Below, one piece after another: positions 14,584 through 26,693 of a stretch of 64,000 nucleotides of DNA (positions within the stretch are counted from its first letter, which is position 1; the number at the start of each line of letters is the position of its first letter). The notes below the pieces were generated by a model, which searched no databases, was not told the DNA's origin, and saw only the letters and a program-made list of their open reading frames with translations. This DNA is from Diadema antillarum (Eukaryota): NCBI RefSeq assembly GCF_040938485.1, contig NW_027271205.1, positions 62,001 through 126,000 on the forward strand. The letters are read 5' to 3'. Both the position numbers and the translations under genes were made by a program.

Positions 14584-17500
14584 AATATGGATTTCAGGAA
14601 GAGGAGTGATTAAACTTGGGTCCAAAAGACCTTCTCGCTTCTGACTGATTTTCCCATTCAAATTTCATGTACACTCTCATCCAAAATCTTCTTACTGACA
14701 AACTGAAAGCTCGTCAAAGACCAGTGGAACATAGCAATTTATGCAAATTGAATGGTGTACAATTCAGTGTATTATCTAGATGTATTCACTGGAACAGGTA
14801 GATGGAACCATGCTAGTCAATAGGTCCCCTATGGGGAACCAGAATTATTCATGTAACATTTGAATGTACTTCAAATCCAATTGGCCTTTTCACTTGGCAT
14901 ACGCATCACGCAGTGAGTTCCACATCGCTGTATTGTGGCAACTGCATAGATCGAGCATCTTGGAGATTTCTAAAGCAGATACATTATTTCATGGCGTATC
15001 ATATAGATTCTCTCCCTATCCATCTCTCACTCTTTCTGCTCCATCAAAAAAAAAAAAAAAAAGGCGCTCGTGTCTCTGTAAGGGCAGTCTGTCCTTGCCA
15101 TCCTCCATAAGTTGATTATCTCGGCTGTTCTCCACGGGTCCCCACCGAAACGAACAAACGGCTCTGGTAAGATCAAGGTCAGGAGGTCCGTCGATACGAG
15201 CTGCTCGGCACTCGGGGGAAACGGGGGAATAATGTGGCAATTCCAGGCTCCATCTCTCGGTTCATTTGTCCACAATGAAAAATCAGGAAGGAGGAGAGCA
15301 TGACAGAGAAGAAAGAAGATGCATATATGTTTATATAGATATGTATATTAGTGTGTGTTTGTGTGTAAATTTANNNNNNNNNNNNNNNNNNNNNNNNNNN
15401 NNNNNNNNNNNNNNNNNNNNNNNNNNNNNNNNNNNNNNNNNNNNNNNNNNNNNNNNNNNNNNNNNNNNNNNNNNNNNNNNNNNNNNNNNNNNNNNNNNNN
15501 NNNNNNNNNNNNNNNNNNNNNNNNNNNNNNNNNNNNNNNNNNNNNNNNNNNNNNNNNNNNNNNNNNNNNNNNNNNNNNNNNNNNNNNNNNNNNNNNNNNN
15601 NNNNNNNNNNNNNNNNNNNNNNNNNNNGAGGAAGTTGCGTGAGAAAGGCAGACAAGAGGTCCTATGAGGAAGGAAGAAATTTGGCCATACTAGCAGGAAT
15701 GAAGGGGCAGAGAGGTACATACGGAGCGTGGGGATGGCACAAAAGCTAGATTGGAATGAAAATCAAATTACAGGAGATGAATTATGAAGGTCATCAGTGC
15801 TAATGATTCGCAGACTCACACGTCACGGTGAAAAGAGTTGTCCATGCACAATTAATGTAGGACGCCACTAGGGTAAAGCTTTGGGGGGAGCTTTCTGGAA
15901 CAACACAGCCATTGATACTTTCTGGATTTTGAGGGGGCTTCATTTTGAATGGGGGAAAAAAATATCGCAAAGATTTTTTTTTTTCAACTGTCCTGCTTTG
16001 ACTTTTGAGCAGTTTTAGCACACATGACAGTGACTCAGTCACTTCAGCATTCACACATTTTGCATGCCTGCATAATACATTCCACATAATATATTGAATG
16101 CTTCTCCCTTTTCTCTCGCTCTCTGCAGCAAAGATTGCCGTCGACTCTCAAAAGCCTGGCCACGGAGTCTACCCACTTGTTTGGTGAGAAAATACACACG
16201 ACATCACAGGGTAGATAAAGACACAGCCACACAGCAGGAGAAGACAAATTACATAGCAGCGAATGAGCAAGCATACCCCGGCTCCCGCTTATTGATTCCC
16301 CGGGAACCAATTTTATTACGGGCGCATAAACCGCGGAGTAAGAATTGCACACGCTGCTACGAGCTGCATCTATCGGCACAACAAACACTCATCTGCCAGT
16401 TATGAGATTAACCACTATTTTTGTTTCTGCAGTATCTATACAAAAGACGAGATAGAGAAGGGAAGAGAAAGAGGAAAAAGGGAAGAACCAGCTCTAGCAT
16501 CTTATCACGGACCTGATATGCAAAGCGAGTGGCGAATGCATGCTGAGATATACCTCGAAGGAAGAGAAAAAGGCATATATATCACAGAGAAGAGAAGAGA
16601 TAAGACAGTGGGGGGTAGGGGGAAGAGAGTGGGCAAAAGAGAGATGGAGAGAGAGCTAGAAAAAGGGTTCACAAGGAGGGGAAACAGCAGCTTTTTATTG
16701 AGCCTTTTCGTTCATTTGGGCATCGCTCCTAGCAAGCAGGCTCGCTGCCACACACACACACTCTCTACTGGGCTTGCGTTATTTGCGGGCAGTAGAAAGA
16801 GAGGGGGGACGAGCGAGCGGCACGGTGGGGACCGGTGTTGATAACGAGCGGCGACCGAGGTTTGGATACAGGGGGGCCTGGCAGCAGGAGCATGGCGTCT
16901 TCTTCCCTTGCTCCCGCTTCCCCCGATGGTTGCCAGCGGTTGGGCAAACACAACTCATGCGTGTTATCACCATCGATGTATAGCAGGCCCCCTGCATGTC
17001 CATATGTATGTATGCGTATGTGTACATACATTATAGGTTGTACACCATGTATGCATGATATGTATATATATTGCAATTCAAGCACGAGAGAATGCAGAGG
17101 AGGCATTTGTATGCCATCTGCATTACCACCCCTGATTATCTTTCTGAGTGTAAACATGTGTGTGTACCATTATTTGTGCAAGAACTAATTGGACGTGCCT
17201 CCCTCCCCCCCCCCTTCCTTTTTCTAATCAGCAATTCAATATGATATTCACATGTGCATGGATCACACGGACGCCCCATACTGGGGGTATCTCGCAAATT
17301 ACTATACACAAAGTATTATCACATATTGGTCTCCGTTTAGTACAGCAATGCAAATGTACATTTTATATTTCTTTGTCATGCAACCACTTTGATGCATTTG
17401 ACTGCATAATTTTTGTGATTTGCGTCTGACGTAAACACAGTTCCAGTGGTATCAACACCTATTACACAAAATTGCTTCATTGTGCTGTGTCCATTCATTC

Positions 17501-18653
17501 ATACTTTATCATACAACCTTTGATACTTTTTTATTTTCATTTTGGATGACTCACTCCTTGGCTGTAAATGTGAAAAAAAAAATCCCTTTATTGTGTACCA
17601 GTGTCTGAATTTGCAGCAATATTACTAATGATAGGAAACAAAAATATTGAATGCACAGATATAATATTTTTCAATCAATGTTATCAGCCTGAAGGAAGAA
17701 ACAAAATGAAGAGTGTTCATTACCAATGCGTCAGACCCCTCACCTGTTACACAATTGTTGTATCAGTCTAATATAATAAATTAAATCCACTGTCATTTAA
17801 ACAGTCAAAACATTTTGAACACTTCATCAAAATCATTGATTGATAGAAGGATATAGGAATGGATATACGACTTGGTTCTATATAATGCAATATGACAGAA
17901 CCAAGATATCTAATGATACAAAATTACCATCATCAGCTCATTTCTCTAATGACATCCATCAATCAAAAAGCTGCAAAGTAATTAAATCTTTACAATATCC
18001 TCACCCCTTCCACAGCAAACATGCATAATGTAGTTGTATACTGACTACTCTTCGGCACAACAGATTGCCTATTGACCCATCAAGGCAAAGGCAACGACGA
18101 ATAGACTGGAGACTTGAAAATTCCTGGGCATGTCACGAAAAGGAGGTCAGCTGAGAATTGGGGTCACCTCTGACACACACAGACAGGGAGAAAGGACTAG
18201 TCTCATTCCATGCTGCTAAAATTGTGACTACTTGGGACTCGACACAGGCATTATGATATTTCTCTTTTCTTTCAAATTTTTATAGGCAGTCATGCAAGCT
18301 GTTTTGTCATTCACTCATGCAATGGCTCTGAGAAACAAAATCAGTCCTCGATCTTTCCCCCACCCTTAACATCTTTGATTCTCTGAGAATAACAAGAATT
18401 CTAACAAATTGGCTCATATCATCTACTCCTGTAGGCTTTAGAACATTGAGAATATTCACTATGTTTCATCTCTTCCTCCTTTTTAATTCTGCAGAATATC
18501 TGATGTGATTCAATGTATTAAACTTGTACTGTTATGAGCTCTGAATGTTATGCATAGACAATTTTTTCTTTTCTACATGAGTGTATTACATATAACATGT
18601 ATATCTCAATCCCATTAACCATGAGTACAGATGCAAGCAGGTGCTCCGATTAA

Positions 18654-19046
18654 AGGGATTGTATGGTTTTGGTTGAGACTTAACTTCAGGTTTTTATCAT
18701 TTTTTTTTTGTGTGTGTGAGACAGTGAGAAACCTCTTATGAAATATGAAAAAGCATGTAATTCCATGAGGATTTCAATGTTCATTTGATGAAAATTGATT
18801 TTGAAATGGCTGAGATATCCAAAACAGAGTGATCCTAATAAAGTGTGGAACCCACACTTTATTACGATCTTTTTGTTTTACTTTGTTTTTGGATGTTTCA
18901 GCTATTCCAAACCCGATTTTCATCAAATAAGCTTTGAATTCCTCTTAAAATGGTATGCTCTGTATTATTTCATAAGTGTTTTCTTGGTATCTCGCAAAAA
19001 AATTTAAAGCCAAATTTTCATCTCCACCAATACTGGTACCATCCCT
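18654..19046. mobile_element. Kolobok-like MITE
   Basis: TTAA at 18650-18653 and 19047-19050. Imperfect terminal inverted repeats AGGGATTGTATGGTTTTGGT / AGGGATGGTACCAGTATTGGT (TTAAAGGG...CCCTTTAA ends). No coding capacity. Confidence 0.65.
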
Positions 19047-21010
19047 TTAAGGTCATGTAAAAGTGTTTGTTGTCTGTTCGTTGTTGTTTTTTACTATCAA
19101 ACTTATATGACACATAACAGGTTTAATTGTACCTCATCAAGTACAAAGTACTTGACAGTATCTTAATGAATGTTGATAATTACTAAATCTATATGATATA
19201 CAATAAGGTATTGTACATAAAGAATAGGGAAATCAACTATTGGTAATTACTTGATTTAAATATATATTTTTTTTAATCTTTGAGAAAAATGTTAGTTGAT
19301 GAATCTATAAGATACAAAATCTACGTATGTCAACATCATGCAGTTTACTCAGGTTTCCTGCAAAATTGTCCCAGACATGCTGGCCATTTTCATCAAAATG
19401 CATTCTCCCGGCACTGCCGCTAAATCGACAGCAAGCTTTTAACATGCATATTTCAAATGGCACATGTCGTCTCCTTTGCATTAAGCCCCGAGATTTAGAG
19501 TATCCAGGAAAAGCCAGATTAGCGAGATCCCAAATGAAGTTCACGTTGATCTGCAAAGAACCCATATATTTTGGAAGGAAAAGCCGGGGCAAAGCAGCGT
19601 GGTAAACGATCGAACAGCGTACATGATCAGGAAATGAATGCAGATTGAACTTGGAGAGCGGATAGTTATCAAGTCTATTGCTCTTATTTGTGTTAGAGAG
19701 AAAAAAAAAATTATTATCTGTGATGCATTCTACATCTTCTTCTTTTTTTTCTTTATTCCCTGATCAGTAATTCAAGCATCTCATCCAGTTCTCTGTCCAT
19801 ACACTACCCTCAACGTGAAATCAATTTGCCTTGGAATCTGAAAGAAATGTCCTTCACAAGATACAGTTGTTATTTAACAAATGACTGTTTTCAGTCGTAG
19901 ATTTATCAAATTTATATGCTTTGTGTATATTTGTTTGTTTATTTTTATGTGAAAGTTCACATATGAATTGATCTTGCATAGAGTTATTTGTGTGTACAGT
20001 ATGTGGTTTGTAGCCTGTAGGCTCAACTGTTGATGTTGTCTTTTTGATGTTGTTTCGTGTTTTTATAGTATTTTTTTTTTTTTTAAATTCTCTATGATTT
20101 GTTTATTATGTTATGTTCCTGTATCATGTGATGCATAGACTTGTGGAAGAACAGCCTCTGGCTGAAAGAAGTGAAAGTGTGGAAATAAAATGAATGAATT
20201 AATAAATGAATGAATTTGGCCCTGAAAGCAAATCTACGATGCAACAGTCAATATGCGATATGACACTCGCCCATGCACTGACGGTTCAGCTATAGGCTGC
20301 TCCGCTTTATGAATGACAATATACATAGCATGAGCAATAAAATGAAAGTAATATATAATGAGGACGGGACACAGCAGGGATATGCATGTATATCTAATTG
20401 GGGCCACTGTCCTTCACTCGCAACTGCAGTTTTACCGAGGAAAGGGCAAGCCCATTTCTATAATCGTACCCATGGGGTCAGACAAGGGTCAAAGCCGAAG
20501 CCTGGCTAAATAGTGTGCCCTGCAGCTGTCTTCTCACGCGGTAGCGCCCCAATGCTTCATTTCCAACAAAACCCCTGGCCAGACAAGTCTAGCAGCTACA
20601 TGGTATCTCTCCCTCACTCTCCCTCTCTCCCAAGATATTGGAGACTTTATTTTGGCTGGGCACAGTTTTTTTCGATGTTTGATGGGGGAAATATTTAATG
20701 AGTGTCAGCTGGCAAAATGGCCAGACGTAATGAGACAATATACAAACTGTGCAGGGATCATTACGGTATACTATACGAGTGAAAACATGTGCAGTCGTCC
20801 TCGGCTGTTGTGGACGCAAGGAATGGAAGCAGGGAGTTGAGAAACGGACAGAGCGGCAGTGACACAATGTCACAGAAAAAAACAAAGAACAGGGAAAAGC
20901 AGGAGGTGGAGGAAAAACAAGGGCCAAGGCAGGGTGAGGCAAGGAAACTGGGCAAATTGACATAATACTTAATAACAGATAGACAGACAGACACATACAA
21001 TGTAGTATTA

Positions 21011-21030
21011 TACACACACATACACACACA

Positions 21031-21062
<32 letters not shown>

Positions 21063-21080
21063 TACACAAACACACACACA
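21011..21080. repeat. (CA)n microsatellite, interrupted
   Basis: Visible directly in the sequence. Confidence 0.9.
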
Positions 21081-24000
21081 GGTCTGCATACATTGCAGCT
21101 TATCCTTCGTTCATTCAACTCAAGGGGAGACGCAGCAACCTGGCTACATACACCCTTGCATTCAGGAGTCCATTAAAAATTGAAGTCCGAACAAACAGCT
21201 CACACACCGCTTTTTCATTACCACAACCACCATTGTACTACATGTACCATACCAGGCAGCCCTCCCATGAAATAACCTATTTTCCTCTTTCCCTCCTGTT
21301 ACTGTACGATGAAAAAGAGGGTTTTCTACATTCACACGCAAGAAAAAAAAAGACAAAATAGATTACATGCATCAGCATGCTTCTCTTATTCCAAATGCAA
21401 ATGCTCCTGGCAACAACTGAAAAATAAATCCCAAGTATTGAGGACACTGAGGAGCAACCCTCAATAAACCCTGTTAATTCCCATTGATTATTGATGTAAA
21501 AGAGACGGGGTGAGGGAGAAGCACAAAAATACAGAAGGAAAGAAGGGTGCTTTCAGCCATACAGTATTACCGGCACATTCTTGAAAACCCACGCAGGTTT
21601 TATAGATACAATGCTGTTTGACAGTGAGGGCCATTCAAGCTCCACAGACCGGACCAGACCACGAAGAGTGGAGGAAGAACGATGGGGGTATGAATGCATA
21701 CAGAGAGAGAGAGAAATGGCCCCAGGTGAGGCGCGGCAGGCCCCGGTGCCAGCGAGAAACCACAGGATTTTGCCGCCTGCCCCCGACAAAAGTTCCCCTC
21801 TCAATACACTCACCGATGTGTGGTGTATGGCCGGTCGGTAAGGGACCAAGGGGATTTTTCAACAGTGTGTGGTTTCACCTCAACTATAGATCAGATCCGT
21901 ATTGAAGGAGTTCGAAGAACTGCAGTAAATCTCCCATCCCCTTTCTTTTTACAGCAAAACTGAGCGGAGTGGCAAACACCCCATTCAACTTAACATTGAT
22001 TCCCTAAAAGATGTAGGCACAACCCACCCACTACCAGTTTTCTCGCAGTCTCTTTTTTACTCAAGCTTCCGTGAAATATTCTAAATGAATCTACCAGTGT
22101 GGTAACTTCTCCTGGGATCGGCATTCCACAGCTTATTACAAGTGTATAACAGGTCTACAAGAGTAAATGTAGCTTCACACACTAGTTACCACAAACCAAC
22201 ATTATAAAATATAATCTTTCAGAAAGAACAACACATGTGTAGTACAGCATGTATAAACATCAGATTATTGTCAGATATTAATCCACAAACCACAGTTTAA
22301 TTTGATTGTATTCGTTTTTCTTTCCTTTTGGATACCGGTAATTGCAGTGGTAGTGTATTAAAGGAATGATGCAAATCTCTCACAAAGCACACTGCTTGTT
22401 AAAATTTGTAATTCTATCCAGTTCTGTTACCTCTCATTTTGGTGAGTTTGATGAGTATAGTTGAAACTAAAATTACAGATCACAAGGGACTGAAATATGC
22501 CTGCAATACTTAAAGAATTTATCAGACTGGTTTGTTTCTCCAACAGCAATGATAAAGCAAACTCTTCAGCTTTTTTTTCTTAGCTAAAATTGATGTTGAA
22601 CATGGCTGATTTCCACCCTTGAGAGAGAGAGAGAGAATACTGTCCATATGGTAGGCACATCATAACATACAATTCATCTCGTAATGAGGCATCCATCTGC
22701 TAGGGAAAGACATCTCCCTTGGAACAGTTGGGGGAACAAATGACTTAAACATTCACAATCACATGAAAATCTCAAAGAATACTCATTATTCATCCCCTAA
22801 CCCTCACGTTAAAGTCTAAATAATTCTCAGCGATTTGGGTGGGCTTTATGAAAAGGGACTTCTATCATCCCAAGCACAGGATTCCTCTACATATTCTCTG
22901 GAGCACTGCTAGACATGATCCTCAAACCTGGAATGGATAAAATTGTACCAATCCTCAAACTAAGAATGGAGAGCTCCATATCTATCAATCTCATACTGTA
23001 CTATGCTGCACAAGCTCAAAGACAAAAACAAATAACAACAAATTTGAAACCATTCTCCATACTTTCCTCATCTTCTACGCCATCTCCTTTCAGAGCAATT
23101 TCTCCCCCCTACCCTCCCTTTCTGTATTCTCTCTCTTCCTCATATCCACTTCCTTCAAACGACAACACTCATATATCATGCGCATCTTATATATTTGTTA
23201 AAACAGCGCTGGAACACTCAAGTTTAGTTTCATGAATTCCCTCTTCACCTGTAACAAATTCACTGGTGCATGTAAACATTTTTCCATTATTTCCCCCTCA
23301 GTCAAAGCAGAGTACTGCATCTACAATGTACAAGCGTCAATCTCAACATTCAGGGCATAAGAAACATCTAAAGATATCATATTCTTTTGTCTGTTGCGGT
23401 TGTTTCCTATCGAGAGAAAAAAGTAATATGAAAGCTGCATGCACTCATCTCTTGTGAATACATTTACCTAGCAATTTAATTCTACTTGACTTTCCCATTT
23501 ATATTTTGTATATTGATGGATATTAGATGTGTTATTCCTATACGCAACATCAGACAAGTGTTTAAAAAAAGAAAAAAATCAGACAAGTGTTGTAGTCATT
23601 TGTGCCGATAAATATTCAATCTTGACTTGTAACTAACTTGGCTAGACTACGAATGTCTTTCAAAAAACTTTTTAAAAAGTGTTTTTGCGTGCATCACACA
23701 AGAGCACTATGTTCAAAGCTTTATTATGTACAATGTATACAGTGCAAACTTTGAAATAATTTATGCACAGGAACTGCTGCTCAAACACACAACAAATTTG
23801 CTCTGACCTATGCAGGAAAACAAAGTGGTATCAGGGTATGTAATCAAAGTGAAAATGCTATAAAAATAAAAAAATGCTTGTGATATGAGAATAAAATTTC
23901 TAGAATTAGGCAAGTCATTTCCATTCCCGCCTGGAAAGACACTTGGCACAGCCAGCCAGTCTCCGCGTGCACCCATTTCTCCCCTATACCCACCCCCTTC

Positions 24001-25592
24001 TCGTTATTTTAATTTCTCTTTTTTTTTTAAAATGTCTATCGCCATGGGAATCTCTCTGGCAAAGGTGGGCAAGAAATCCATGTTTCGTTTCTCCATGCCC
24101 ACATACACCGCCGGTGTCACTCGCAATTTCCTGCAGCTCAGCCCAATATCTTAATGCTGGCACCCCGCAGCCCCGGTTTCAGCTAACCTCTGCGTCGCGT
24201 CGCGGATCAGGATTTCTCTCGCTCTCTCTCTCTAACCGTCTTCTGGTATTTCTGAAGTACAGGCAAAACTCTGATCTGGGTGCATAATTTTTCTTGCCTG
24301 GCATGGTCCCTTGGGAAGGGAGGCTCTGTAAAATCAACCACTTCTCCATTCTGTCATCACTAGACATGGCTCCAATATATTTTAAAGACATGGTTTCACT
24401 GCTCAGAGAAAATGCAGTATGACATCGGACAAGTTCCAGGATGCTCTTTAAAATGCCATGCTGTTCCATGTTCCAGGTGACTTTAGTAAATAGAAAACAA
24501 TCCAAGAAAAGAATAAAAGATTCAGCAGAGTTAGAAGTTCTGTCAAAACCTTAAATGACGAGAAGTCTTTTGTGCAATAGAGGGACATGTTCTAAGAAGT
24601 ACATCCCACCTATCCCACCTTATCCCACCTGCAGTGTATATCCTACATCCCACTTATATATAGGCCTATCCCATAAAAATGTTCACATTCATTACCAAGA
24701 GCACAAGTTACAATGTATGATATGTTCAGCTTGGGGCAATACAACCACAAGCAGCCCCTCCCCCCCCCCCCCCAAAAAAAAAGGAGTTGGGTCTATTTGA
24801 CTCTTGGCACTGCATGTTAATAAAAAGTCTCACAAAAGAACTGTTTTGGTCACATGGTTACAATATCACTTGTAGAGTACCCACTCTTTCATGTCTGCCT
24901 AAAGAAGCCATAGTTAATAAGATTTATCTCCCTCCAAATAAATCCTTTGGGATAGCTTTCAGAACTTTGTTATATTGCATCTTTGACTTACTCGTAGATC
25001 TTGGCATGAAGTCATAATGTATATTCTCACAGCATCTCCGTTCACCACCATGTGGACACCTTGTGAGCAAGACCTACAGTACACCATCGTGTACGGTGCT
25101 GCGAATGGCTCCGAGCCGGGAGATATTGTAAATATATGCATGTTTGATCAGTGTGATCTATCTTCCATGTCGCCCTCTTCTCCTTCCCAATCAAGCAGCG
25201 AGCACACCCAGGTTGTCTCAGTGATGTGGGCTCGGTACCATCTGGTGAAACCCAACCTCGCTCCAATCCCAACGATCTCGACGATGCTCCTCATCTGATC
25301 AGGTGTAGGGGCCCTGATAGGCCAACAAAAAAAAAATTGTGAAGTCATTAATTAGGCGACGCGAGAGATGAAACGCGACTTCCTTGACACACTGCAGTGC
25401 CGAGCAGAACTGACGGTCCGCAAGCGGGAGCCGAAGAATTAGCCCCCAAATGTGCCGTTTCAGAAGCGGGCGCTGTATGCTCATCGAGGAGGGAGGGGTT
25501 TTGTAAGGAAAACGAAACGACGAACAGACACTAACGCCCAACGCCCCCTCTCATTTGGGAATTGCACTCAAATTGCAGCTACAGTAGTTTTA

Positions 25593-25638
25593 GTTACCAT
25601 AGCAACAAATGAGATGCAATGCTCTAACAGCTGATTGG
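25593..25638. promoter_or_regulatory. RFX X-box plus CCAAT (NF-Y) box module
   Basis: GTTACCATAGCAAC (25593-25606) fits GTNRCC-N0-3-RGYAAC. CTGATTGGTT contains ATTGG at 25634-25638. It lies next to a CpG-rich stretch (about 25350-25550). Confidence 0.55.
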
Positions 25639-26574
25639 TTGTCACCGAGTTCCTGTTATGATACAAACAATAAGTGTAAACGTCCATTGTCATACACTGC
25701 TTTGTATCTTCTTTAAAAATGTCCATGTAAATTTGTCTTTGTATCACACAAAGGTCCTTTACAGTACTACTGTATGCTTGCCCTATTCCTTCTACCATGA
25801 CAAACTGTGTTCGATGTGATTATATTCAAGTGAAACCAGCCAGATGGACTAGTGAATCATTAATGAGTTTTGTTTGATTAAATGCTGACTGCTCCATCGT
25901 TATTTTCATGCGGGTTCTGCTCTGCTAGCCACTGGTCGACTTGTGGCTGGTCGGTTTTTGTGCCAACTCGGAATACTGATGACCAAACGTGAGCCTCACA
26001 TATACCACATAGAATAGATTAGTAAATTAAATTCACCATTCAATTCAATAATTCAGGTACACGTACACGTAGCCCTTGAGCGGTTTTAATGCATCAGTTT
26101 TTACCTGCACCATGCAAACGCTTTGCCAGGACAAAATGTTGATAACAAATTTCATCTACATCAGCAGGTTTTGTAATCTGCCCCGTCCAAGGCACGCTTT
26201 AGGAAGGAATCGTCTGAGTGAAATCTTCCAAGCAAGTTCTGATTTGGGCCAAATTTGGAATGGATGTGTGTGTTGGGAGAACAGGCGCAAGGAAGCTGAT
26301 GTCTGGTTCGTAAATCTCGTGCTTCTCTGAGACAAAGGCTAACCTGCCACACACCCAGACTAAGGGGGAGCCCCCTGGGGTCACCCACTTTCTGCAATAT
26401 CACAGCTTGTGCTATACAAAAGTCGTCTATAATCAGTCTATAATATATAATCATAATGTACAGTATACAAGATCATAATGTACAATGTATCTAACCATAA
26501 ACAAACAAACAATACACACATAAATACTCACATACATTACATACAATTGCATACCGTACAGCTGTATAAGACCT

Positions 26575-26693
26575 GGGCCCCGTTTTATCAAAAAATATAA
26601 TCGATTATAAATCTCCTTAAGGCACAGGCTGCCATAGACTTATGATAGAAATCAACTATATAATCGATTACAACTCTTCATAAAACAGGGCCC
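26575..26693. mobile_element. Short palindromic MITE (GGGCCC ends, Harbinger-like)
   Basis: TIR GGGCCCCGTTTTAT / GGGCCCTGTTTTAT (13/14 match); internal TATAATCGATTA occurs twice; no clean target site duplication. Confidence 0.55.

Noticed and set aside
14172-14661. 147-aa and 83-aa minus-strand ORFs
   Set aside because: The longer one is driven by the (GATA)n repeat (YLSI); neither shows homology.
24992-25348. Long minus-strand frame broken by one TGA (25148-25150), suggesting selenocysteine or readthrough
   Set aside because: No recognisable protein, no SECIS identified and no redox motif; better explained as non-coding exon sequence.
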